Shown in pieces: positions 1 through 15,822 of a stretch of 64,000 nucleotides of DNA (positions within the stretch are counted from its first letter, which is position 1; the number at the start of each line of letters is the position of its first letter). The notes under the pieces were generated by a model. The model saw only the letters and a program-made list of their open reading frames with translations. It searched no databases and was not told the DNA's origin. The DNA comes from Eledone cirrhosa. Taxonomy: Eukaryota. The position numbers and the translations under genes were made by a program. The DNA lies in the NCBI GenBank assembly GCA_964016885.1, contig OZ024764.1:7378001-7442000 (forward strand). The letters run 5' to 3'.

Positions 1-1592
1 TACTTGCCTTCACTACCAACTACCATCTAGTTACACCACGTTTACTTGCCTTCACTACCAACTAGTTACACCACGTTTACTTGCCTTCACTACCAACTAG
101 TTACACCACGTTTACTTGCCTTCACTACCATCTAGTTACACGTTTACTTGCTTTCACTACCAACTAGTTACGCCACATGTTTACTTGCTTTCACTACCAA
201 CTAGTTACACCACATTTACTTGCCTTCACTACCAACTAGTTACACCACGTTTACTTGCCTTCACTACCATCTAGTTACACGTTTACTTGCCTTCACTACC
301 AACTAGTTACACCACGTTTACTTGCCTTCACTACCATCTAGTTACACCACGTTTACTTGCTTTCACTACCAACTAGTTACGCCACATGTTTACTTGCTTT
401 CACTACCAACTAGTTACACCACGTTTACTTGCTTTCACTACCAACTAGTTACACCACGTTTACTTGCCTTCACTACCAACTAGTTACACCACGTTTACTT
501 GCCTTCACTACCAACTAGTTACACCACGTTTACTTGCCTTCACTACCAACTAGTTACACCACGTTTACTTGCCTTCACTACCAACTAGTTACACCACGTT
601 TACTTGCCTTCACTACCAACTAGTTACACCACGTTTACTTGCCTTCACTACCAACTAGTTACACCACGTTTACTTGCTTTCACTACCAACTAGTTACACC
701 ACGTTTACTTGCCTTCACTACCAACTAGTTACACCACGTTTACTTGCCTTCACTACCAACTAGTTACACCACGTTTACTTGCCTTCACTACCAACTAGTT
801 ACACCACGTTTACTTGCCTTCACTACCAACTAGTTACACCACGTTTACTTGCCTTCACTACCAACTAGTTACACCACGTTTACTTGCCTTCACTACCAAC
901 TAGTTACACCACGTTTACTTGCTTTCACTACCAACTAGTTACACCACGTTTACTTGCCTTCACTACCAACTAGTTACACCACGTTTACTTGCCTTCACTA
1001 CCAACTAGTTACACCACGTTTACTTGCCTTCACTACCAACTAGTTACACCACGTTTACTTGCCTTCACTACCAACTAGTTACACCACGTTTACTTGCCTT
1101 CACTACCAGCTAGTTACACCACGTTTACTTGCCTTCACTACCAACTAGTTACACCACGTTTACTTGCTTTCACTACCAACTAGTTACACCACGTTTACTT
1201 GCCTTCACTACCAACTAGTTACACCACGTTTACTTGCCTTCACTACCAACTAGTTACACCACGTTTACTTGCCTTCACTACCAACTAGTTACACCACGTT
1301 TACTTGCCTTCACTACCAACTAGTTACACCACATGTTTACTTGCCTTCACTACCAACTAGTTACACCACGTTTACTTGCTTTCACTACCAACTAGTTACA
1401 CCACATGTTTACTTGCCTTCACTACCATCTAGTTACACCACGTTTACTCGCCTTCACTACCATCTAGTTACACCACATGTTTACTTGCCTTCACTACCAT
1501 CTAGTTACACCATGTTTACTTGCCTTCACTACCATCTAGTTACACCACATGTTTACTTGCCTTCACTACCATCTACCAACTAGTTACACCAC
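1..1592. repeat. 35-bp tandem repeat (TACTTGCCTTCACTACCAACTAGTTACACCACGTT), ~45 copies, runs off the window start
   Basis: Register recurs at 601 and 1021 (420 = 12 x 35). A single monomer occurs at ~21632-21672. Confidence 0.97.
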
Positions 1593-1624
1593 ATCTTCAC
1601 TTGATAACCACTATTATTACCATG

Positions 1625-1745
1625 ACGCATAGAGTTACAGCCCTTGCCATTCTGAGTTCAAATCGCGCCGAGGTTGACTTTGCCTTTCATCCTTACGGGG
1701 TCGATAAAATAAAGTACCAGTAATGTGCCAAATGTAGAAACAATT
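1625..1745 (+). mobile_element. tRNA-derived SINE fragment (family A)
   Basis: B-box-like GAGTTCAAATC followed by CCGAGGTTGACTTTGCCTTTCATCCTTACGGGGTCGATAAAATAAAGTACCAG, which recurs many times in the window. Confidence 0.8.
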
Positions 1746-1981
1746 ATTACCATTTAATCTACAAAGTGTCAGCACAAATCTTAGATGTTCTCCTTTGTCC
1801 AATTATTCCTGAGAGGGTTGTGCGGATAGAGCCCTCAAACACTTCTTCTAGTGGGTCCTGTCAGAAACCGTCTTCAAAAGATCTCACTGGAGTTCCAAAA
1901 GAGACCAGCCAAGCTCACAGATGTTCTCCAACTATCTTGCTCATAGCTCTCTTGCTAGTTTGTTTTGCCCCCAAAATCTGT

Positions 1982-3320
1982 CCAGATTCTTTCCTGAGAC
2001 ATTCTAACCACATGTCTGTAGTATCAGAGCTGTGATCTCTCAATTCAGAGATTCTTTCCTCAGACATTCTAACCACATGTCTGTAGTATCAGAGCTGTGA
2101 TCTCTCAATTCAGAGATTCTTTCCTGAGACATTCTAACCACATGTCTGTAGTATCAGAGTTGTGAATCTCAATTCAGAGATTCTTTCCTGAGACATTCTA
2201 ACCACATGTCTGTAATATCAGAGCTGTGATCTCTCAATTCAGAGATTCTTTCCTCAGACATTCTAACCACATGTCTGTAGTATCAGAGCTGTGATCTCTC
2301 AATTCAGAGATTCTTTCCCCAGACATTCTAACCACATGTTTGTAGTATCAGAGCTGTGATCTCTCAATTCAGACATTCTTTCCCCAGACATTCTAACCAC
2401 ATGTCTGTAGTATCAGAGCTGTGATCTGTCAATCCAGAGATTCTTTCCTCAGACATTCTAACCACATGTCTGTAGTATCAGAGCTGTGATCTCTCAATTC
2501 AGAGATTCTTTCCTCAGACATTCTAACCACATGTCTGTAGTATCAGAGCTGTGATCTCTCAATTCAGAGATTCTTTCCTGAGACATTCTAACCACATGTC
2601 TGTAGTATCAGAGCTGTGATCTCTCAATTCAGAGATTCTTTCCTCAGACATTCTAACCACATGTCTGTAGTATCAGAGCTGTGATCTCTCAATTCAAAGA
2701 TTCTTTCCCCAGACATTCTAACCACATTCTGTAGTATCAGAGCTGTGATCTCTCAATTCAGAGATTCTTTCCTGAGATATTCTAACCACATGTCTGTAGT
2801 ATCAGAGCTGTGATCTCTCAGCTCAGAGATTCTTTCCCCAGACATTCTAACCACATTCTGTAGTATCAGAACTGTGATCTCTCAATTCAGAGATTCTTTC
2901 CTCAGACATTCTAACCACATGTCTGTAGTATCAAAGCTGTGATCTCTCAATTCAGAGATTCTTTCCTGAGATATTCTAACCACATGTCTGTAGTATCAGA
3001 GCTGTGATCTCTCAGCTCAGAGATTCTTTCCTCAGACATTCTAACCACATGTCTGTAGTATCAGAGCTGTGATCTCTCAATTCAGAGATTCTTTCCTCAG
3101 ACATTCTAACCACATGTCTGTAGTATCAGAGCTGTGGTCTCTCAATTCAGATTCTTTCCTCAGACATTCTAACCACATGTCTGTAGTATCAGAGCTGTGG
3201 TCTCTCAATTCAGAGATTCTTTCCTGAGACATTCTAACCACATGTCTGTAGTATCAGAGCTGTGATCTCTCAATTCAGACATTCTAACCACATGTCTGTA
3301 GTATCAGACCTGTGGTCTCT
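1982..3320. repeat. 65-bp satellite derived from an RTE LINE 3' region, ~20 copies
   Basis: Unit ATTCTAACCACATGTCTGTAGTATCAGAGCTGTGATCTCTCAATTCAGAGATTCTTTCCTCAGAC; RTE-like flank at ~1790-1985; same unit at 7.4-9.2 kb and 21.8-22.4 kb. Confidence 0.93.
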
Positions 3321-3551
3321 CATACTGATGTTAAAGTAATGTTCTCAAAATAAATAATATCAAAATCTTATAGATTCAATATTATGTGAGGTAAAGACTT
3401 TACCGTGAAAATATAACATATATATATATATATATATGCAAGCGTGGAACACGGACGTTAAACGTTGATGATGATGATGATGATGATATATATATATATA
3501 TATATAAGTGAATAGAGAAAGAAAGCACATTTGCTAATATTGAAAGTTTCA

Positions 3552-3557
3552 TTTATT
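3552..3557 (-). terminator. Putative polyadenylation signal of ZNF copy 1
   Basis: TTTATT (AATAAA on minus) ~720 bp past the stop; conserved in the paralog at 22641-22646. Confidence 0.5.
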
Positions 3558-3649
3558 GAATACTGGAAAGTCTTACACATCTTTCAATATGTCTTATCAG
3601 CCTAAGGAATCTACATTATATAATCCAATATTCTACACTACTTCTTCAG

Positions 3650-4155
3650 AAGAGCAAGCCTTCTATAAGGGCAGTCACTCCAAATAAATATGACTACACA
3701 GGGTAAAACTGGGCTCCATAGACCACAGGCAAATCAACCCCTCTAGGAGGGCAATTACTATATAAGCCACAGAGAAGGCAGCCCCTCTAGGAGGGCAGTC
3801 ACTTCATAAGCCACAGGCAAGGCAGCCCCTCTAGGAGGGATATTACTCTGTAAGCCTCAGGGAAGGCAGCCATCTCTAAGAGGGCAGTCACTTCATAAGC
3901 CACAGGCAAGGCAGCCCCTCTAGGAGGGATATTACTCTGTAAGCCTCAGGGAAGGCAGCCATCTCTAAGAGGGCAGTCACTTCATAAGCCACAAGGATGG
4001 AAGCCCATCTAAAAAAGCAGCCACTCTAGAAGGGCAGTCGTTCAATAAGCCACAGTGAAAGCAGCCCCTCTAGGAGGGCACTTACTCCAAATAAATAAGA
4101 CTACACAGGGTAGACATGGGCTCTGTAAGCTACAGGCAAGGCAGCCCTCAAGAAG
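3650..4155. repeat. Degenerate 44-bp repeats in the putative ZNF 3' UTR
   Basis: AGCCACAGGCAAGGCAGCCCCTCTAGGAGGGCAGTCACTTCATA variants, partly as 88-bp dimers. Confidence 0.85.
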
Positions 4156-4278
4156 TGTAGTTAATCAGAATAAATATGACTGCATGGGCTGGAAAAGAAC
4201 AGTCCAGCCCAAGCAAGCAGGGAAAGGTGAATGTAAATGGATGATGATATGATACCACAAATTTTAACTCTGTTTCAG

Positions 4279-5896
<1,618 letters not shown>

Positions 5897-6344
5897 TTCT
5901 TCAAGTAAAATATATCTGTCAACTTTCTCACAAACTATTCTCCTCTCACCACAATATGTGGTTATTTTTCTTCTTTACAATTTAAAATTATATCACAAGC
6001 AAATATTCCTTCTGGTTTATTTCCTTCAACTTTGATCTTTGTTGATATCTGAAGAGGCTGGAAACTGTTTTGTAAATTTATCCAACTAGAAATGTCTATG
6101 TGAATGTCATCTGATATTCTGAAATAACAGAGAAATATCGTGAGACATGTAGAATGTAGAGAAACAACTGTGAACAATTTTCCTATATTTTTAAACAGTA
6201 TCACTTCATATTTCATGTTAAAAACAACAATTTTTCAAAGGATGTCATTCTAATTCAGTTTTAACCAATGTTGGTGGGCCATGTCTTATCTGAAAAACCA
6301 TGTGTGGTGACAAGTTAGGGGACCAAATATCACACTAAAGAATG

Positions 6345-7105
6345 TCCTTGAAGATGACACCAGGTTTACTGATGATCTAATCATCATAGCTGAAACTGTG
6401 GGAGTGTTAGAGACAAAATTCAAAGCAAGGAAGAAAAACCTAAGATAAATCTAGCAATGAGACAACACTTTGCAATATTTATTAGTTTCTATTCTTTACA
6501 TCAACATCATCATCACCGTTTAATGTCCATTTTCCATGTTAGCCTGGGTAGGACGGGCAGTCCCTTTGTGAGAAATCAGGTCAAAGGACCTTGAAGATTA
6601 CACCAGGTTGGAGGTAACTTCACATGGCAATGATGTGTGAGCCGGAGGTGGAACTTTATCATGGCACCAGTAACAGATGTGTAAGAAGAGATAGAATAGA
6701 CTTTATCAATAGTAAACCTATTCCAATGACAGGTAAGATCCATAGAAGTGGTTGATAGCTTTTGCTACCTGGCTGATATAATTAACAGTGGAGGAGAGTG
6801 CTTCGAGAGTGCAGTAGCTAGAATAAGAATAGGATGGAAGAAGTTCAGGGAACTACTCCCTCTGTTGACAACAAAAGGGTTCTCCCTACAAATGTGTGTG
6901 ATGTGTGATACTACATGGTAGTGAAACATGGGCAGAAACTGCTGGAGAGAAATAAAGCAAGCATGCTTTGATGGATGTGCAATGTTACTGTGCATGAACA
7001 ACAAAGCATAAGTGAACTGAGAGATAAACTAGGTATAAGAGGAATCAGAGGTAGTGTGAAAGAGGGATGACTGTGCTGGTATCGACACGTGATAAACATG
7101 GATGA
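6345..7105 (+). mobile_element. Degraded RTE LINE RT/C-terminal fragments with a nested SINE piece
   Basis: Reads DDLII, IEVVDSFCYL, RIRIGWKKFRELLPLL, HGSETW and ELRDKLGIRGI across frames. Confidence 0.8.
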
Positions 7106-7249
7106 TACATATATTTTGTATTGAAACTGTAGCTAAGGCCTTAAAGTCAGATTCATGGCTGCATTCTGAACAAAATACACTTTTATAACAAAAGATAGAA
7201 ACTAATTGATAATATCTTTAAAAATCTCAATCAAACAACAAGATTATTT

Positions 7250-9275
7250 CCTTCATCTTCTTCAGCCACTTATTCTTGAGAGGATCGCGGGAGCAAAGCG
7301 GGTCCTGATCTGGCTGGGTCCACAAGTGAGACCACCCAAGCTCATGGATGTTATCCAACCATTTTGCTTGGGGTCTACCCCTGGGTCTCTTGTCAGTTGG
7401 TTTTGCTTGTAAAATATGTCCAGAGATTTTTTCCTGAGACATTCTAACCACATGTCTGTAGTATCAGAGCTGCGGTCTCTCAATTCAGAGATTCTTTCCT
7501 CAGACATTCTAACCACATGTCTGTAGTATCAGAGCTGTAATCTCTCAATTCAGAGATTCTTTCCTCAGACATTCTAACCACATGTCTGTAGTATCAGAGC
7601 TGTGATCTCTCAATTCAGAGATTCTTTCCTGAGACATTCTAACCACATGTCTGTAGTATCAGAGCTGTGATCTCTCAATTCAGAGATTCTTTCCTCAGAC
7701 ATTCTAACCACATGTCTGTAGTATCAGAGCTGTGATCTCTCAATTCAGAGATTCTTTCTTGAGACATTCTAACCACATGTCTGTAGTATCAGAGCTGTAA
7801 TCTCTCAATTCAGAGATTCTTTCCTCAGACATTCTAACCACATGTCTGTAGTATCAGAGCTGTGGTCTCTCAATTCAGAGATTCTTTCCTCAGACATTCT
7901 AACCACATGTCTGTAGTATCAGAGCTGTGATCTCTCAATTCAGAGATTCTTTCCTCAGACATTCTAACCACATGTCTGTAGTATCAGAGCTGTAATCTCT
8001 CAATTCAGAGATTCTTTCCTCAGACATTCTAACCACATGTCTGTAGTATCAGAGCTGTGATCTCTCAATTCAGAGATTCTTTCTTGAGACATTCTAACCA
8101 CATGTCTGTAGTATCAGAGCTGTAATCTCTCAATTCAGAGATTCTTTCCTCAGACATTCTAACCACATGTCTGTAGTATCAGAGCTGTGGTCTCTCAATT
8201 CAGAGATTCTTTCCTCAGACATTCTAACCACATGTCTGTAGTATCAGAGCTGTGATCTCTCAATTCAGAGATTCTTTCCTCAGACATTCTAACCACATGT
8301 CTGTAGTATCAGAGCTGTAATCTCTCAATTCAGAGATTCTTTCCTCAGACATTCTAACCACATGTCTGTAGTATCAGAGCTGTGATCTCTCAATTCAGAG
8401 ATTCTTTCCTGAGGCATTCTAACCACGTCTATAGTATCAGAGCTGTGATCTCTCAATTCAGAGATTCTTTCCTCAGACATTCTAACCACGTCTATAGTAT
8501 CAGAGCTGTGATCTCTCAATTCAGAGATTCTTTCCTGAGACATTCTAACCACATGTCTGTAGTATCAGAGCTGTGATCTCTCAATTCAGAGATTCTTTCC
8601 TCAGACATTCTAACCACATGTCTGTAGTATCAGAGCTGTGATCTCTCAATTCAGAGATTCTTTCCTCAGACATTCTAACCACATGTCTGTAGTATCAGAG
8701 CTGTGTTCTCTCAATTCAGAGATTCTTTCCTCAGACATTCTAACCACATGTCTTTAGTATCAGAGATGTGATCTCTCAATTCAGAGATTCTTTCCTGAGG
8801 CATTCTAACCACGTCTATAGTATCAGAGCTGTGATCTCTCAATTCAGAGATTCTTTCCTCAGACATTCTAACCACATGTCTGTAGTATCAGAGATGTGAT
8901 CTCTCAATTCAGAGATTCTTTCCTCAGACATTCTAACCACGTCTATAGTATCAGAGCTGTGATCTCTCAATTCAGAGATTCTTTCCTGAGACATTCTAAT
9001 CACATGTCTGTAGTATCAGAGCTGTGATCTCTCAATTCAGAGATTCTTTCCTCAGACATTCTAACCCCATGTCTGTAGTATCAGAGCTGTGATCTCTCAA
9101 TTCAGAGATTCTTTCCTCAGACATTCTAACCACATGTCTGTAGTATCAGAGCTGTGATCTCTCAATTCAGAGAAGTAGCAGCTTTATCTGGAGTGACTCT
9201 CTGATCTTCAAATTACGCATTTTGGCCACTTGTATTCGTGATTGTATTCTTTTTGCCATTACCCACAATTCATAC
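7250..9275 (-). mobile_element. RTE LINE 3' fragment hosting the 65-bp array
   Basis: Flanks translate ELWVMAKRIQSRIQVAKMR...KIRESLQI on one side and VRMSQEKISGHILQAKPTDKRPRGRPQAKWLDNI on the other. Confidence 0.8.
7421..9173. repeat. 65-bp satellite, ~27 copies
   Basis: Period 65 (7441 to 7506). Confidence 0.96.
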
Positions 9276-9418
9276 TTAGGTAAAAGAAAAAAAATACACC
9301 ACACTGATTGACAACTTACGTACAAAGAGTTGACAAAGATTTATTTTAAATCTGTAACAAAGTGTGTAGTTAATATAATTGTGTGAAGCTTTCAAGGTTA
9401 CAATAATTATATACTCAC

Positions 9419-9570
9419 TTGGCAGTATCAGTAGAGGGTTGGACGCCATGCTTTGTAGCATAGGGTTACACCCTTTTACGTTCTGAGTTCAAATCCCACG
9501 AGGTCGATAAGATAAAGTACCAGTAATACACTGGGATAATTGCTGGCCTTGTGCCAAAAGTACAAACATT
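9419..9570 (+). mobile_element. SINE family A copy
   Basis: A-box-like TGGCAGTATCAG and B-box-like GAGTTCAAATC; tail GCTGGCCTTGTGCCAAAA. Confidence 0.75.
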
Positions 9571-9744
9571 TATATACTCCCAGGTCTCAAATAATCGCTT
9601 CCCACCCTCCCTGCTTATTAATTTTGCTAATCTACCACTGGTGAAATTGTATTTTAACTGCTAGCACTCTGACAATAATTAATTATATTTAGACATTAAA
9701 AAACATTATACATAAAAAAAAGAACATTAGAAAACATCCCATGT

Positions 9745-9990
9745 TATACGAGATGCTGACTGAATTACCCTCCTTTTCGATTGGCACGCAGATGGATAAT
9801 GATAGCCTGCTAATTGGGGTTTCCCTGAGGCTTGGCCTCTGGATCTGCAACACAAACAAATGTCGCGATGGATCGACCGTTGACTCTCTTGACCTCCACC
9901 CACTCTCCTGTCATTACAGTCATGGACACCTTCCACACCATGCTGCTCTCAATGAAGTCATAAAACATGGCTTAGATGCTGCAGGCTTCC
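9745..9990 (+). mobile_element. CRE-like (RLE-type non-LTR) fragment
   Basis: IGVSLRLGL...C...HPLSC...HAALNEVIKHGL zinc-knuckle region typical of CRE-clade elements. Confidence 0.7.
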
Positions 9991-10288
9991 TCTTATATAT
10001 TCGTGTACAGATATTTTTGCATACACAATAACAAAATATAAACAAACGTATTTATTTCACGAGGCTCGACAGCAGCAAAAACAACAACAAAAAAGGAGAG
10101 GGAACGCAATTACATGCTTTTGAAAAATCTTAATGGAAAATTATTTGCCTATTCACCCAAGGTGACTTCACTTTTTATTAGGACTTCTGCTTCAATTGGT
10201 GAACATATGACAAAACTGTTTCAGAAAGGAGGGATAAACATGCCAATCTATGTTTAGAATCCCGAGCAACGCCGGGCCATTCTGCTAG
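9991..10288 (+). mobile_element. Non-autonomous Helitron-like element
   Basis: Starts TCTTATATA; ends in hairpin CCCGAGCAACGCCGGG followed by CTAG|T. The same 3' end is inverted at 59281. Confidence 0.6.
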
Positions 10289-11179
10289 TTATAACTAAAC
10301 GACTAATTCTGAGTTTTTAAACCAAGGGAGACAACCTAGAAAGATTATCGTTTTTACAACTTGACACCCCTCTTATTATAGAGTACCTTGGTCTATATAT
10401 AAGAATATCCAAGAAAATATAATAGTCAATATAATTTAAAGTTAGCAGATAACAAAAACACTAATATTTTCCAGTTAATTATTATAAATTCAGACGTGGC
10501 AACCTCTAAAATCCCAATCGAAGAATACCATGAAAAAAGTGCTTCAAAACGGGGAGAAATGAGGCAAAATTGTAAGATTTTACATAATAAAAGCTATACC
10601 TATTTTTACAAGAGAAGACGTGTGTTACCCACTTCAGAGTGGGTGGGAGATCTCCCTGTCGGACGGGGAGAGTTGACAGGTCTGGAAATTTATTAGTAGA
10701 TACTCTAAGATGGTGTTAGATATACAATTTATACATCGTAATTTAGAATAAAGTTGTTGACTTGTGTTGTTGTTAAAATATGTTTAATCTGTGATATTTG
10801 AGACAATATACTGGACAGTGGAATTAATATTAAACATGCTATGTAGCTGGTAAACTCTAAAAGAACACAACACATCGCTATAGCGTTTCACCAGCCCCTT
10901 CCTGTATGTGTATATGTAGGTTTACACCTCTCTTGTCTCTATCTGTCTATATATTTACCTGTAGATGTGTGTATATGTAGGTTTACACCTCTCTTGTCTC
11001 TATCTGTCTTATATATTTACCTGTAGATAATAATGAAATTATCGTGTAAAGTGCTCAGGTGCACTACCACTCGTCAAAGGTGTATGTATAGTACATAGAA
11101 TAAAACACAAATGTCAGGGAAGTGAATAGTGTATGAGTCATGGTATACATGTGTGTATGTGTATGGAGGGGAACATTAG

Positions 11180-14100
11180 GTGTAGTCTTGCTGAGTGATG
11201 CTAAGACACCCTCGGCCCTTTTGACAATTTTAGAGACGTGCTTCGTCCAACACAAATCGCTGCTGACCGTAATGCCCAGGTCACGTTCACAAGACTTCTT
11301 GATATTAGTGCTGTGGAGGGAGTATGTGGACGCTGGGTTTTTTCTCCCAAAATGCATGTCCACAGCTAGCTTGAGTTGCCAGTCTGATATCCATTGTTGC
11401 ATTGTGTCCAGGTCAGACTGCAAGCAAGATCTATAGTGTTCAGGATCTGTCCTTTTTATCTCAAGGTACAGCTTGATGTCGTCTGCGTACTTTAGCACTG
11501 TGGCATTCCTTAAGTTGGCATCTATATCATTAATATATGCCACAAACAAAAGGGGGCCAAGAACAGATCCCTGTGGTACACCAGATGACATCTCATATGG
11601 TGAGGAATGCTGTCCCAGAACCGTGACTACCTCTCTTCGACTGAGAATGAAGGACTTCAACCAGTTAAAAAGATCATCCTTCACACCCATTGCAGAGAGT
11701 TTTGCCATAAGTCTTTTGTGTGGCACAGAATTGAAGGCTTTCGCAAAGTCAAGGTAAACAACATCCACCCATGAGCCGCCATCAGTGATCCGGGTGATGT
11801 CCTCAAGAAACTCTATAAGTTGATCACAGCAGCTGGAGTTGGGGATAAATCCAAATTGCGAGGGCCGGATAAGACTGTGAGAGCTCCAGAAGTTCCAAAG
11901 TGTTTCTCTGACACAGGATTCCATCAGTTTGGCGATGCAACTAGTAAGACTGACTGGACGATAGTTCACAGGTAATGTGCGGTCACCCTTTTTGAACAGA
12001 GGAATGACACTGGCAGTTTTCCACTGTTCTGGAGTAGCACCGTTGTTCAGACAGAATTGGAAGAAGCGTGATAACTGGTGCAGAAGGAAATACCCACCAC
12101 GTTTAAGAAGCATGTGCGTAACACCATCAAGACCAGGAGAGACATGGTTGCGTTTATTTTTTAGGTGACGTCGCAGCATTGCAGGTGTAAATTCCATGGT
12201 TGTAATAGAGTCCGGAGTCATAGGTGGTGGAGATGGTACACTCTGGTCTTCAACAGTGAAAATGCCTGCATAGCATTCAGCAATGGGCTCTGCGCATTCT
12301 TTGGGGTTGTCAGTAACCTAGCTTTGTGTGGGGATTGCGAAGAGGACCAACTGGAGAGTGAGGCCTCTGCTTTGAGTGAACATACTTCCAGAACACCTTA
12401 CTGTCAGGGCTGGTTGCTATGCGCTGCTCAAATTGAAGCACTGCCTTTTTTGTCACCTGTTTGAGGTGGTTGGACGATCTATTTCGCCTCTTCCTATTAA
12501 TGTCTGATTTGTGAAGTTTGTACTCACGTTCAGCATTGCGCCGTTCTTTTCTGGCAAGACGGACTGCTGCAGTCTCCCAAATTGCACTTTTGGGATGTTT
12601 TTTCCGCTTACGTGGCACCGATGCTGCACATGCTGTCCATATTGAGCTCAGGATGTTCTGGAGTACAGTGTTGACATCTCCAGAGTCGTTGAACTCAAGC
12701 CAGTTTGGCCGTTGCAACTCGATGCAGTAACAGTTCCAGTCTGCTTTATTCCAGTCAAAGTGAGCAGTTTGGAGATGGTTGTGGTTCTTGTTACTGCCCA
12801 TGAGGGATAGATTGGCAATGATCATAGCATGATCAGAGTCACCTAAAGGTTCCTCAGCAGTAACATTAATGACCGTTTCAGGAGTAGTGGTGAAGAGTAG
12901 GTCCAAAGTGTTGTCACCTCTTGTTGGGGAGGTGACCATTTGTGACCAACTCGAGTCCAGCACTAACTCAAGGAAGTCATTTGCACTTGGCGGCCAACGA
13001 AAGGTCTCCCAGTCAATCTCAGGGTGATTGAAGTCTCCTGCAATGAAAACATAAGTGGCTGTCTTCCTGGCAGCAGCTCTGAGGATATCACAAAGTTGAG
13101 TGTCCTGATGGTAATTTGGGGGACGGTAAACGACTCCAAGTAGCAGTGTTAACATGGTCATACGTATATCGCAGAAAAAAAACTTCCTGCTGTGATTGAT
13201 TCAAATCAACACAAGGAATTGCCGACAGATTTGACCGAACATAGACCATTACACCACCACCACGATTAATGCAGTCTTTACGAAACAGGCTGTAGCCAGT
13301 CATGCTGAAAACCCCATCACAGAGTAAGGATGTGCCCAAGTTTCCGTGACTGTAATGAAGTCAGGGTTGATACCTTTGACGTAGGAGTCAAAAAGATGAA
13401 TCTTATTGCATAGACTATGTGCATTCAAGGACAACAATTTGTACCTTGATTCCAGTCTATGATTATGTGCAGGGGATGGCAGGTTGTTCTGATTTAGTTT
13501 CCCAGAGTTTTTTCAGTTTCTTTATTGTCAGTTGTTGTGGGTACAGTGTTTTCAGATCAGCTGGTGTCTCTTTTCCATGTTTCGCCAGCCTTAACAAACT
13601 TCCATATCTGCCCATCATCTCGTAGGCTGAAGCTTTCATGTTCTGCCGAGCTGCGGTTTAAGGAAGCTGCAGCACGCAACTTTGGGCGGACATCAGGTGG
13701 AAGACTAGGGCGTGTTCGGAAAGCAATCCGACTTTCACGCCTAGCTTTATCAGAGGCTACAAGGTATGAACGTGCCTCAGTTGAGTTTGAAAACGACAGT
13801 CTAATTAGCCTGGGTTTCGGGCCTGGTCGGCCAAGGCGTAGAGCACCCTTTGCGAGAGCACAGCCCAAGTCTTTGGATGAACTGGCAGCAAATGCCTGAA
13901 GATCAACTATGTCTTCTGGTACACCAATGGAATCACTTCGTGGTTTGCAGATTCAGTGGCATTCTCAATGCGTCTAGGTTCAACATGAGGTACACGGAGA
14001 TTTTTTAACAAGGCACTCCGGTAAGATCCCTCATTGTGGGGTTCTACACGAACGCTTGATTTTATTCCCGTTATTTCTCGGCTTAAAGCGGAAATCATTT

Positions 14101-14800
14101 GCCTTATTTCCTCAAACTCCGTATTGACGGTCGGTTTTTGTTGTTGTTCTTCTCCTTCAACAGGCATGGTAGGGGAAGACACAGTCGTCGGTTGTTGTTG
14201 TTGAAAAGTAACGGGTGAGGAAGACATGGGTTGCTGTTGTTGATGAAGTCCTTCAACGGGGGGGGGGGGGGTAGTAGTAGCAGAAGCTACGGTCGTTGGT
14301 TTTTGCTGTTGTTCAGGAACAATGGTAGAGGAAGACACGATCCTCGGTTTTTGTTGTTGTTGTTCGGGAACAATGGTAGAAGAAGACACGATCTTCGGTT
14401 TCTGTTGTTGTTCCGCAGCAATGGGAGAGGCAGGCATACTGTCCAGGCACTGAAAGGACCAATTTGTTTGCTGGACCATCTGCCAGAGTCTATCCATCGT
14501 AGCAATATGATGTTTCTTGAGTTGGCCTGGGTTCTTCCGGAAGCCTGTGGCGCATTGAAGGCAGACAGAGATGTGACAGGTTCCACATTCGACCCAACGT
14601 TTACGGAACGAGTTTTCGGGTTCCGTACAGATATGGCAGATGTGATCTTCTGGACAATGTTCTATTTAGGAATATCGACCAGTTTTATCGTATACTTCAT
14701 CGATGGATATCACCATGGCAATTTTGTTATTTCTACCCATCCGTAGAAAAACACAGAATGTAAACAATTTCGGTTTAGCGCACTTGATTACGATAGAAAT
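11180..14800 (-). mobile_element. CR1-clade LINE, 3'-truncated and frameshifted (ORF1 ~13.5-14.7 kb, APE ~12.3-13.45 kb, RT 11.2-12.2 kb)
   Basis: VVYRPP, GDFNHP, TRGDNTLDL, SDH (APE); YRPVSLTS, VYLDFAKAF, GVPQGSVLGP, KYADD, ERDLG (RT). Confidence 0.93.
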
Positions 14801-15051
14801 AAAATGTCTGTTTTTCTTTGTGTATTTTGTTTCCGTTTTCCTAAATGTTGTGTGTGTGTGTGTGTGTGTGTTTGTGTGTGTGTACAGAAGAGTCTGTGCA
14901 TGTAAACAAATAAATATGCTGCGTAAGTTAAATGAAACGTACTGTAGAAGGCAACAGTTTATTAACAGCGAAATAACGTTTTTTACCTGATACTGCTTCT
15001 TTATAATAAACTTTCAATAATATTTTTCAAATTATTAACTTTCAGCTGCTA

Positions 15052-15100
<49 letters not shown>

Positions 15101-15579
15101 TATATAATTAAAAGGTGTATGTGGGTTAGAAGCGAAGTCAATGTTCAGAGATATTTTACCAATGTACGTAAGATTGGCCGGTATAGTGTCTCACACGAAA
15201 TAGTGTGGCTTCTTTTCACGTGTGTGTGTATATGCATGTGGTATGTATCTGTATATAAATCTGTGTGTATATTGTTGTTTATATGTTTTGTGAAGTACTT
15301 AATGCGATCCCTAAGGGATGTAGTGATTTGTTTTTTTTCCCCTTTTCCCCCGTCCATGTCCACACGTGGTTTGTTGGCGAAAATCAAGTCAAATTAAATA
15401 TACTTCGTTAAAATAATTCTGTTGAAGCTGGTACTAGTTGTCAGGGAACAGTCAGAGTAATTGTAATAATGAATATTCGAATCTATCTGACATGTGTTTA
15501 AAGGGCAGTTTTTAGTGAAAATATATTTTGTTTGGTCAAGACGTGGTCAAGCGACCCTCCTTGTCGCCATTTTGGCCGG

Positions 15580-15822
15580 GTGTATATGTAGCTTTACACC
15601 TCTCTTGTCTCTATCTGTCTATATATCTACCTGTAGATGTGTGTATATGTAGGTTTACACCTGTCTTGTCTCTGTCTATATATCTGCCTGTAGATGTGTG
15701 TATATGTAGGTTTACACCTCTCTTGTCTCTGTCTATATATCTGCCTGTAGATGTATGTATATGTAGGTTTACACTTCTCTTGTCTCTATCTGTCTCTATA
15801 TTTACCTGTAGATGTGTGTAGG
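15580..15822. repeat. 61-bp repeat family (short array; more copies at 10905-11030)
   Basis: ACCTGTAGATGTGTGTATATGTAGGTTTACACCTCTCTTGTCTCTATCTGTCTATATATTT. Confidence 0.9.
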
